NCBI RefSeq assembly: GCF_009914755.1
Contig: NC_060928.1
Direction: 5' to 3' (one strand)
DNA from: the human T2T-CHM13v2.0 reference genome, Homo sapiens
Length of the DNA stretch: 64,000 bases
Part shown: piece by piece, positions 53,475-64,000 of the stretch
Layout: each line of letters starts with the position of its first letter
How positions within the stretch are numbered: position 1 is the stretch's first letter
Made by a program: the position numbers and the translations under genes
The notes under the pieces: model-generated
Told to the model about the DNA's origin: nothing
The model's database searches: none
What the model saw: only the letters and a program-made list of their open reading frames with translations

Positions 53475-54574
53475 TGAAACTTTTTTTCTTAAAGCAACAG
53501 ATATTCATTGGGTAGAGAAGGACTAAGAAATATGATGGAAGAGAAACATGGGCTGGTTTTGTAAGATGAAGTTAAACCCTTCTTCCCCAAGTTTGAGTGA
53601 AAAGTTTAAATATTTATGCATAGTGGGCAATATGGGAGAAAGAAAAATTTTTCCCTGGGGAAAGCAAAGTAAATGAAACAATGCCCGTGAGCTTCTTGAG
53701 AACAGGTACCATGGTTTGCCCATTTTGGAGTATCCAATACCAGCAACATGCCTGACACATGGTAGGTACTCTGTAAATGCAGAACTAATTAATTGAAAGA
53801 CACCAGAGATCTAGAAATTAATATTTATTCTCAGTCTCATCTAGGCATTTCCCAGTTGCTTATAGCATGTTTGTGTATGGGCCTACATTGGTACCAGGAA
53901 CTAAATCTAAACATGAGAACTTGTTAAGCAATAGCTGCAAATGTGGTACAGCCATGGAAATTTTAAAGCAGAAACTGATGACTGTTCATTAAAATTAAAA
54001 GCTATATTCAGCTTCCCAGGATAGTAGGAAGAGTCACAATGAATGAACCTAAAGCTTATGTGCATGAACATTACAGCTCAAAATATTTTGATGTGTCCTA
54101 CTTCCCGTGGTCCTTCCAACAGTTCCGAACACATATTAGGACAGATTCTTCCCTTGTATGGTTTAGCAAGGTGGCTGAATTCTAGCCAACGGATGTCAGT
54201 GAACTTATAGGTATCATTTCTGCATACAGCTTTTGAGAAATATTCCATTTCCATATTTTCTTTTCACTGTCCTACCAGCAGTGATGAGAGCAGTGAAACT
54301 GTAGGGAATGTCAGAGCCAAAAACTAGAAAGTTTCAAAGACACAGTAATTCATAGACAATCTTTGAGCCTATGAATTACTGCAATAAACAATCAATGCCA
54401 ACCAGAAATACCTGCACTGGGATTGATCTGTTTTATATTTTGTCATTATTTTGGTGCCATAGTTTAGCCTATTTTAAGTAATACAACTTGTACACACCTA
54501 TTTGGCTTATGAGCACAATACAAGCTTTGTCAACACCTTAGAATGATAGGCAGAATCATGTCAAAAAAAATCTG

Positions 54575-54800
54575 CAATTAACATGAGTGTGCTTTGCAGT
54601 TCACAATGCTTTGACATACACTAGCTTGTATGGTCCTTCCAACAGCCCCAAGAGACAGGCAGGGTAAACATTATTATCTTCATTTCAGAGGTGAGAAGTT
54701 CAATGATCAGGGAGATTAAACAAATTGTCCAAATCTAGTGAGTGCTAGACTTAGAATTAAAGCATGAGTCTTTTGATTCCAAATCCTTTGCTTTTATCAT
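54575..54800 (-). mobile_element. MIR
   Basis: tgctttgcagttcacaatgctttgacatacac...ttattatcttcatttcagaggtgagaa...gtcttttgattccaaatcc. Confidence 0.75.
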
Positions 54801-55089
54801 TGTAATATTCTGAATGTCTGCCTCTGTATAAAATATTTTCGTGATTGATGATTTTTTGCGGAAATTTCTCTGAGGGATTAAGGCGCTTCTTGGAAAACTC
54901 AATTCGCTTGAGTTCTAAATATGAAAGGATTTATAAATCCAGAGGATTTAGCAATAAGGCTGGATCTAGCACAGATCACTTTTCTTTGTAGACGCTCTCA
55001 GTGTCTCAGACTTGGATGGCTCCTGCAGAAGTTGTTGAGCTCACTCTCTTTCATTGAAACAAAGACTGCTCTGACACATCCCTGAGAAC

Positions 55090-55380
55090 TGATCAGTCAG
55101 CCTCTGCTTGAACACCTCTAGTGAGGGAGCACTCACTACTTTAAAAGCTTTCTCAATCTGTTGTTATGGTAGCCAGTGTGGCCTGACTTCCCCAGAACTT
55201 TTCTGGTTTTAAGGCTGAAAATCCCACATCCTAGGGATGCCCTGAGTCCTGAGTAAACAAGCAGGGTGTTGGCTACCCTACTACCATTGTTGAACAATGG
55301 AAATTATTGAAACCTTTTAATTGAAATGAAGCATGCCTGGCTGTAACTTCAATCAAGGTTACCTGTTCTGCCCTCCCAGT
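55090..55380. mobile_element. L3/CR1 fragment hosting MER81
   Basis: cagcctctgcttgaacacctctagtgagggagcactcactac is an L3-type motif. Confidence 0.55.
55165..55280. mobile_element. MER81 (hAT-Blackjack) MITE
   Basis: TIRs tatggtagcca (55165-55175) and tggctacccta (55270-55280); core ctggttttaaggctgaaaatcccacatcc. Confidence 0.8.
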
Positions 55381-56426
55381 GTCTGTTATTCAACCAGCAT
55401 CTGTTTCTTGCAGATTTCTGGATTCTCTGGTTTTGTCTAGCTACAAGCCGGAGGTAAAACTTCATTTTCAGGTTTACCCTACTTTATGTCTCACAGACAG
55501 AGCCTGATGACACACTAGCAATAATCCAGATCACCTAAGTAAATTATTCTCCCTATAAGACTAAAGAATAACCCTCTGGAAATTATTTTTCTGTTTCCCC
55601 AGCATGAGCTTTATGATGGCATTAATAACAATAAAAATAAATGTAATACTATTATAATCAATCAAGGGTAAGGCTAATGTATTAATAGTAATTGATTCTT
55701 AAACAGGAACTAATTATTTTCTCACTGCATGGTCTTAAGAAAAACAATACTATGTCTTCTAAGGTTTCACCACTGAACTTAATTTGCCTCTGAGATTTGA
55801 ATTATTTTTTTCTTCTTTTCTTTTTTCTTCTTCTTCTTTTTTTTTTTTTTTTTTTAATATGAGTGCACCACTTACTCTTTGGGGAAAAAGGAACAGTTTC
55901 TAAATTATTGGGTACTGAGGGACTACCAAAACCAGGAAATTCATGTTTTATGAGTTTTCCCCAAATCAAAGCAACAGGGTTATGGTCAACATCATCCTTT
56001 CACTCCCACTGGGTCCTTTCTGGGAGGTGCTTTCAGAGGCAAAAGAAACTTTTTGCCGTGAAAGTCACATCCACTTTATGGCTTTGTTTCCTGCTGAAAA
56101 TCTAGATCTGATTGTTCTAAATCTGACTGTGATTCAAACTTCCTACATAAATTTAGGAAAAACCACTTAAGGTCTTTATTTCAGTTTCAGATACATACAC
56201 ACATAGACCTGTATTACCTAGCTACAGTATGTATCTTTCATAAAACAATAGTAAATGTCTGATAAATAAGTAATATTTTTTGTGCTTTTTCCTATACCAA
56301 GTGTATGCTAATGAATTTCTGTGCTTACATCCAATAGTGTAAGTTGGGTTTTATTATACACAATTTACAGGTAAAAAGAATAGCATCCCAGAAGGATCTA
56401 AACCTTCCCAAGGTCATCACCTCATG

Positions 56427-56677
56427 CAGTGGCTCTCTAATCTGGGCAATCGTACCCTTTTCACCCGCTACCCCCACCCCACTCCAAGCCAGGAGTTATT
56501 TAGTAATGTCTGAAGGCATTGTGAATTGTTGTAACTGGGCAGGTGCTATTCTCATTTAGAAGGTAGAAACCCAAGATCCTACCATATATCCTACTGTGTG
56601 TAAGGCAGGCCCCTCTCCCCTTCAACATAGAACTAAGTGGCCCAAAATGTCAGTCCTGCTGAGGTTGAGAAATACTA
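56427..56677. mobile_element. MER20 (hAT-Charlie) inserted in a reverse MIR
   Basis: cagtggctctc...aatgtctgaaggcatt...gaaggtagaaacccaagatcct...ggcccaaaatgtcagtcctgctgaggttgagaaa. Confidence 0.85.
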
Positions 56678-56779
56678 AGCTAATACATGGCAGACTGAGG
56701 ATTCAATCCCAAATAATATAATCTCAGAGTGCACATTCAATATTTGCTCTTGAAATACATATTTAGTATTACATACCTT

Positions 56780-56915
56780 ACCTGGGCATGGTTGCTCGTG
56801 CCTGTAGTACTAGCTGCTCAGGAAGCTAAGGCAGGAGAACTGCTTGAGCCCAGAAGTTGAAGTCCAGCCTGGACAATGTAGCAAGACATCATCTCTAAAA
56901 AGAAATAAATACATA
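56780..56915 (+). mobile_element. FLAM_A-like free Alu monomer
   Basis: ctgggcatggttgctcgtgcctgtagt...gcttgagcccagaagttgaagtccagcctggacaatgtagcaagacatcatctctaaaaa. Confidence 0.85.
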
Positions 56916-58719
56916 CATACACACATAAACACATAAACAAAATATTATCTATTTTATCAAAATACTAATGATAATAGAAATCCATCATTTTGCAATATAT
57001 TGTTGTACTCCTTTGTCCATTTATAACTCATAGTTTTTAGGGTCTAAGATAAGGGACCTGAATAATTCTTGGTAGACTATGGCAAAGGCATTTGCATATA
57101 TATTATACATAACGAAAGCTAATGAGAAAGATGGAGCCCACCTAAGAAAATCTCAAGGGCTAGATCCATTCTAAAAGGGTGTTAATGCCTAAAGTGTTTT
57201 TAAGAGCATAGTTGGGTCACATTTTATTGATGGAAGTGCCTTACGAAGATTGGTAGAACTACAATTGAGATAGACCCATGTGCTTAATATTGAATTATTT
57301 TTCACAAGCAACCTTTGCACAATGAGCTGGGATTGGTATGGCTATGAAAGTGGTAACTCAAGGTCTGTACCCAGAATGATGCCACTCAGGCTGGCATGGG
57401 CTTTAGCTAAGTCCAGGTCAAAAGCTCCATGCTGTGCCCTGGGCAGAGAGCAAGATTCAGTCTCCTGTCATGGTCCACCCTTTTCCTTGTAGGCACCAAG
57501 CATGCACTCTGAGGCCAGAGCAAGACTTTGTGTAGCCAGAATAGATTCAGGAGAGAGCAATACTTGGCTGTGATGCAGACAACCTTTGAACAGGGGATGA
57601 CTTCTATAACTACAATTTCTGATAGCTTCAGCGCACAAAAGGAAACCATGAGAGTCTTGGCAATTGCCAGCACTCAGGCAGGCATGGATCCCAGACCCCA
57701 CTTCGTGTTTGCATTAAGCCAATAGCTCATTGGAGTAAGGCTTTAATGGGGGAATAGGACCTGATGTCTGGTTTTTTGTGCCAGATATTCTTTTTATTCT
57801 CATCTCACAAGTATTTCTGAACATTTGATATTAATTGTACAATTTTTCAAGTACACACACTGGTAAAACCAAGAAGGATACGAGAACATCCTTGTGCTCT
57901 TGGGATTTTCACTTTAGTTAGTAAATATTCAATGTGATCATTAAGAAAAGAAAAGGAGTTATTTCCTTATTTACTATACATTTGATAAATATCTACTATG
58001 TGCAAAGTATGGTGTAGGTATGAAAGAAAAATATAACTGAATATATGAGCCCTCTCTTCAGAAATCTTCTAATATGGTGCAAGAAGCAGACGGATGGTGT
58101 GGCAAGAAGAGGAAAGGAAGAGAAGCAAGGGAAGGGAAGTGAAGGGAAATGAAGGAGACGGGAGGAAGGAAGGAAGCTCAGATGTAAATATGGCCTCCCA
58201 TTTCATTGTTGGATTACCTTGGGACAGCTACTGAACTCTCTCAGGCTCAGTTTTCTCATCCATAAAATAGGCACAATAATACCTATTTTGTGAACAGAAC
58301 AGAAATTTTTAAGAGCTTTAATAAAAGTATAATTATGGGTGTTCACTTGCTCTCGGGTATGGAGATGGCCAAAAGAGATGCCCCTAGCTTCTGTGCCAGT
58401 CCTAAAGAAATTGATGAATGGTCAATCTGCTATCCTCCCCACCAGTGATGCTCTAACCCAGAAGGACCAAGGGAATCCAGGCCCAGAGACTGGGGAAAAA
58501 GAAAATGAAAAGTGGTTTAACTCAGCCACACAGTAATCAAAAAGACAGGTGTAAATTAGCAGAACTTACTTTCTTAGAATACCCTAGGGCATTTTATAGG
58601 GAATAGGCTTTGAAAACATGGCTTGGGTTGATAGAACATTGACAGTGAACTCTGTATCTCCTGTTTCTATTCTTCCGTCCTAGCTGTGCACTCCTATCAC
58701 CTTGTGTATAAATGCAGAA

Positions 58720-58820
58720 GCCACGAACACACACAAGACCACTGAATCAGAATCTCTGGGGGCAGAGCCCAGAAGCTGTACATTGAAGAATCACAGCCAG
58801 GAGTGGAAATCACTGCAGTA
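58720..58820. mobile_element. MER5A-like fragment
   Basis: ccactgaatcagaatctctgggggcagagcccagaa. Confidence 0.6.
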
Positions 58821-60341
58821 GAGCATCACTGCATTTGGGTTGAGGGGTTGGGGGGTGGGGAATAAAACCTTTTCACTTCTGGTTTAGGCTCCTCAGTATG
58901 CAAAAGTGACTCTAAGATGATTTGATATCATGCATGAGAAGGTAGATTCTTCCTTTGACTGTATGATTATTACTTTGTCAGTCCCTCTGGATAGTGTCAC
59001 ACACCATCCCTCCAGCCAGTGCACTATCTTTAGGAATGACACTGACATTTCTTCTCCCTTAACTTCCACATTCTTTCACACCCCAAATCTGGTCAACCCA
59101 ACTTTCTTAGTGTTTTTCAATCCTTATCATCGTCTCCCTCTTCATTTATACTGCCTTCTTCCAAGCATTCATAATCTATTACTTTCTTATTTAAATGTCT
59201 ATTTTATTTGAATAAAAAGTGTTAAATATTAACATTTAAAAAGGAAAGAAAAAGACAGGAGCTAACACATAAAGCAACTACTGGGTATGAACCCTGGATG
59301 GGAGTCTTCATACATCATCTGATTTTGATTGCTGTAACAACCTCATGAGTTTAGTTTCCATCTCAAACCACTCTGCAGAGGAGAAGATGAAGTAGTCAGT
59401 GATTTTTCCAAATGCTATACTGCTAATACAGGCAGAGCAGGTTCTTAAATCTAGTATCCTTAAAGCAACCAAAAGTTTTTCAACGAGTTTCATAATCATT
59501 GCCAGTACATCCTTCCTAATGGCTGATCCGCATTCCAGCTGGCTTTATATAAATCTCTTTTTATTGTTTTCTTTGCCTGAATGAACACAGGGACCAACTG
59601 TTCCCTGTCACTCATCTATTACACTTTCAGACACTTGAAGCCTGAGAATCGCTTCTAATTTTCTAATTAATCAATCATACTTTCATATATACTAAATTTA
59701 GTTTCCATTGATGGAACAGCCACAGATTGCTGGCACCATCCTTGGCACTGGTGGGCAGTGGTCAGGAGGGAGGAAGATGACAAAGTCATTGGAATTGGGG
59801 CACTTGAATCCAATAGAAGCATGACAGATGACAACCAGGCAGAGTAGTTAAGTGCATTCTCTGAAGCGAATTCCTGAAATAAATAGGAAGGCTGTGGGTA
59901 AAATAAGGCAATAATCCAACAGCCCTCTTACCCAGCTGGGCAACCTCCTTAGACAAATAAACAGCATCCTTTTAACCATCTACACAGGCTCACAGTTGAG
60001 CCAATTTATCTGTATCATCTACAAACAATATTTCACTTAATCTAAGGCAGAACAGCAGCACAAACATTGAGGTCTGGGTCTGTAACCATTTCTTCAACAC
60101 TGAAATGTTTATGGGAACGTTCAAGGCTAAGAAAGAAAGAACATGTGAGTCCTCAGCGGACACTGCTATCCTTGCTGGGTACAGTTTCTCACTTATTCAT
60201 ATATGATGTGCTACAGAGGACCAGCATTAGCCAGTCATCCTTCAGTGAGTATCAAGTCAAGAGCTTTTGGTTCTTGGCTGAGCTGTGTTTTTCACTAGTT
60301 GTGTGATGTTAGGGAAGCCACTTGAGTTCACTCAGTATCAG

Positions 60342-60709
60342 TGTATTAGTCTGTTTTCATGCGGCTAATAAAGACATACCCAAGACTGGGTAATTTATAC
60401 AGGAAAAAGGTTTAATGGATTTACAGTTCCACGTGGCTGGGGAGGCCTCACAATCATGGAAGAAAGCCAGGAGCAAGTCACATCTTATGTGGATGGCGGC
60501 AGGCAAATAGAGAGAGCTTGTGCAGGGAAACTTCAGTTTTAAAAACCATCAGATCTCATAAGACTTATTCACTATCAGGAGAACAGCCCAGGAAAGACCT
60601 GACCCCATGATTCAATTACCTCCCACCGGGTTCCTCCCATGACATGTGGAAATTGTGGGAGTTACAATTCAAGATGAGATTAGGGTGGGGACACAGCCAA
60701 ACCATATCA
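60342..60709 (-). mobile_element. THE1C-like MaLR solo LTR
   Basis: tgtattagtctgttttcatg...gttccacgtggctggggaggcctcacaatcatgg...gggacacagccaaaccatatca; imperfect TSD atcag/ctcag. Confidence 0.93.
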
Positions 60710-61184
60710 CTCAGTTTGGTCAAAAATCCAAACAGTGAGTTAAGCTAGGTCTCTCTATAGAGCTCTTCCAACTTAGTATCTCTAAAGCTTCACTTGGATA
60801 AGGATTTCTAACAGAGAAAATAGTATCAGTGCTTTTTACCTGGAGATATTCAATAGTCTGAACAGAAAGAGCATCTTCACTCTTCCTCAATTTCTATGTC
60901 ACCTGTATGAGTAATTGTCATTGTTCAACAATACCAGCAAGGAATATATGATGCTTAATGTTTCTCCTACTCTACCATGTCTGCCTTGTCTTCCCACTAG
61001 TTCATCCACAGGAATCTTTCCTATGCTTGGCATATCAACATTCACAGGTACTATACTGTGTGTGAGTAAGGAGGCATCAGGTAGCAAGCACTATGCCATG
61101 GAATCGACCTCTGAGATGTCAAGAGGAAATTTCAAGATGGAGGCCAAGCAAGGAAGTAACTTGAATGACATCCTCACATAAATT

Positions 61185-61665
61185 TGTACCTTCATAGGCA
61201 TGGGGGAACATCTGTTGTTTTTGTTCATCCACCATTCACACCCACTTCCTCCAGAAACAGCAGTCCAACTTTTCTTTTGGGAAGAATTTTTCCCCTACAC
61301 ATGGTACACATAGTTTTGGAGTGGATAGGGGAGTCAAGCCTCAACCAACCACATGGTCTTTCCTCTGAATATAGTGACTGGCTCAGTGATGGGGGCATGA
61401 TCCATCTGAGGCTTGTAAGAATTAGCTCTAGGTTGGAGAGAGACTTCTCCTGGTACTACCCATAACAAGCAAGATGTAAACCTAGAACTGCTAGGAGCCA
61501 TCACATGGAACATGAAAACAAGCCAACACAAAGGAAGTCATGAACTCTGATGATACGGACTGAGTCCTTTGATTCAGCCAGGCCTGAAATGACTTCTTCA
61601 TTTCTAGTAAAGCCAGTTTCTATTGGGATTCTACTACTTGAAACCAGAAGATCCGTGGGTTATAC
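61185..61665 (+). mobile_element. MLT1K/L-like LTR
   Basis: agtgactggctcagtgatgggggcatga...ttgattcagccaggcctgaa...aagccagtttctattgggattctactacttgaaaccagaag. Confidence 0.6.
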
Positions 61666-61844
61666 ACTAAAGGCAAGCATTGGCCCTTGAATTTGCTTTT
61701 TAAGAAATTTTAGTAGGTGCTTTGATAGATTAACAATCTCTAAGATAGCTTCCAGTTTTATCATTCAGTGTACCTTTAAAACTAACTTGACCAACCAAAA
61801 AAGGAAACTTAAAAAAGAAGATAAAACTAATCTGGCCAAGAAAA

Positions 61845-62090
61845 GCCACATAGTAGATCAGTGACTGTTAATCAGGCTGACCTGAGTTTGAATCCCAACT
61901 TATCTACTGCCTCATTCTAATAGCCTAGTTACTTGGCCTCAGTGAGCTTGTGTGTTTCTCTATAACGGGTGTAATGATATGTAGCTTGAAGAATTGCCTT
62001 CCAAGATTAAATTAAAACATTGAATACCAGGTCAATTTCCTGACACACAATATGCAGTCAACGGATGGCAGCTGTGATTATTTTATAATT
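61845..62090 (+). mobile_element. MIR
   Basis: gacctgagtttgaatcccaac...gttacttggcctcagtgagc...agattaaattaa...cctgacacaca. Confidence 0.7.
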
Positions 62091-63840
62091 TTATTTGTCC
62101 ATGGAACCAGAAGCCACATCTAACAGTGTCTTATGTGAGTGTAATAATGGTCTTTCCTTACAACTGCAAACTCAATACACTTTCAAAATATTTTCATACC
62201 CATTAGCTCATTTTCCCATTTCCCCATTGCTCAAGAGTAGTCAAAGTTGGTGTGACAACTATCACTTTAAAGAAGAAGAAATCAAGGTCTTACAGCCACA
62301 AAGTAGAGTCAGAACCAAAACCACAGCCCTCTAACCCCAAGCTCAGAGCTCTACTTTCCCCACCTCACAGACCTGATGCCCAAAACCTGTGTCATCTCTC
62401 AGGGTCTCCACTGATAGAGTTCTGTATATTACCAAGTCATAGAGTTATGAAGTTAGAACAGTCATTGGAAATCCCAACCTCTACCCCTCCAGAATTTCTA
62501 ACAATATTGTGGTTAAAAGCATAGAATGGAAATTCAGAAAGATGTGGATTAAAATCTATCAATTTTGGGCTTTGTGGCCACAAGCAAATGAAAAATATTG
62601 CTGATTTTCATTTTCATAGCTGTGTTATAGAGGTCCTGGAAGTGCCTACCTCTTCTGCTTGTCAAGAGAATTAAGTGTTATAAAGCAATTAGCATAGTTT
62701 CTATCACACGGAAACCTCACTGTGCATGGTCCATATTATGGAATTATTTATTGTTGTGATTACTATTATTATAACCTCAGGATTCTGAACCTCCAGTGTT
62801 TTCTTCACTACTGCCTGCCTTTTCATACTATAAACTTAAAATCATACACACACACATCCATGTGCCACTGAGACCAGGGACTATCTCTCTTGTCTTTACA
62901 CCCACAAATCAATTCATATTTTCTGGATGTCTCAATAACAAATAATTGCTATTCTAAGGCATTAATTTGAAATAATATCCTAAGGGAATAATTACCTTTG
63001 AATTCTGATGTGGGCTTCTCTCCTCTCTCACTGGGAAAGAGACTCTAGCAACTGACGAAGGTGAGGAAGATTTAATCACACATTCCTACTCCATTGAGAG
63101 CTGCTGCTTCTTGTGTTTTTTTTTTTTTCTCTGTGCTTACCGCTTATTTCTTCCACACACCTACTTCAGGCATAGCCAAGAGTAAAGGATAGTGGTGCTG
63201 GATGTGGGCCCCATTAGGGAAGATTTAGGCTTTATCCTTTGTTTGTGTTCTCCACTTGTGATTTGTATTAAATTCACTTTGGGACACATACCACAAGGTA
63301 CAAGAGGGCTTTTTGATTGAAAAGTGAAAGGAGCCTATTAGAAATGTGAAATCATAATTTCTGGAGGTTTGGGGATTTAAAAAAATGTGGACAGCTGCTG
63401 GCTAAAGAACTGAGAAACGTTTAAGTCAGAAAAATATTCTAGGCAACGGAGCCAGAGAACCTAAATCAGTGGCAAATACTGCTAAGCCATCATTACATAC
63501 TAAATAGTTATTAGTCATCTCTTCGTTTTAAACAGAAAGCTTAAGGGTCTGAAGTCCAAAGCTTAGACTCCATTCTTTCTAACAAATCAAAAATCCCATC
63601 CCTTCCAATAACAGAAATCTGCCAAGAGAACATTAAAGGTCACGCTAAACCCACAAATGCAAAGCAATGCAGATTTCAAAGACCTCGAGTGGAAAAATAC
63701 AATTAAAAGTCACCAGCTCATTCTGAGCAGAAGAAAAGCCCGAGAGCTTGATTTAAGGTCAGGAACTCAAGGAGCATTAAAGAAGAGAAGCAGGAACCAT
63801 AAGCCAAGTCATAAGCAAAGTGGCCTGGAAACCCTCAAGC

Positions 63841-64000
63841 CTGGTGTGAGCCTTCCGCTTTCGGCCCCCCTCGTGGGTGAGTGGGTCACAGCGGGGTTGG
63901 GATGCTGAGTTATCCCGTGGGGCCTATAATGGAAACTACATGTGAGGACCTGGCCTCCAGCGGATGGGCCTGGGCTGCTGGCTCTCACCCAGCTCCGCAG
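63841..64000. promoter_or_regulatory. GC/CpG-rising edge (possible CpG-island shore or promoter flank)
   Basis: 7 CpGs in 160 bp of non-repeat sequence against a strongly CpG-depleted background; cut by the window end. Confidence 0.4.

Noticed and set aside
55395-55460. Possible micro-exon (tttcttgcag|...ggag|gtaaaa)
   Set aside because: Weak donor and no coding or other support; such signals are common by chance.

Overview
Primate (human-like) AT-rich, CpG-depleted, non-coding genomic DNA (intergenic or deep intronic). I found no credible protein-coding exon, tRNA, rRNA or CRISPR array. Much of the window is interspersed repeat: seven full or near-full Alus (AluS and AluY types) plus two free Alu monomers; L1PA, L1MA and L1MC/ME fragments; many MIR, L2 and L3 relics; MaLR/ERVL LTRs (THE1, MLT1, MLT2, LTR33, LTR40), including a two-LTR MLT1A-type provirus; and hAT DNA transposons, including a ~2.7 kb Charlie1 with readable transposase remnants, MER20 and MER81. 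Repeat-free islands (about 9.6-10.7 kb, 33.1-34.5 kb, 50.5-50.8 kb and 54.8-54.9 kb) look like candidate conserved regulatory elements. The strongest unexplained signal is a ~160 bp, two-domain, multi-stem structured element at 50587-50746 whose two stem mismatches both become G-U wobbles on the minus strand. The last ~160 bp rise in GC and CpG, as expected at the edge of a CpG island or promoter. All repeat subfamily names were assigned by eye from remembered consensus sequences and need RepeatMasker/Dfam confirmation. The locus was not identified.
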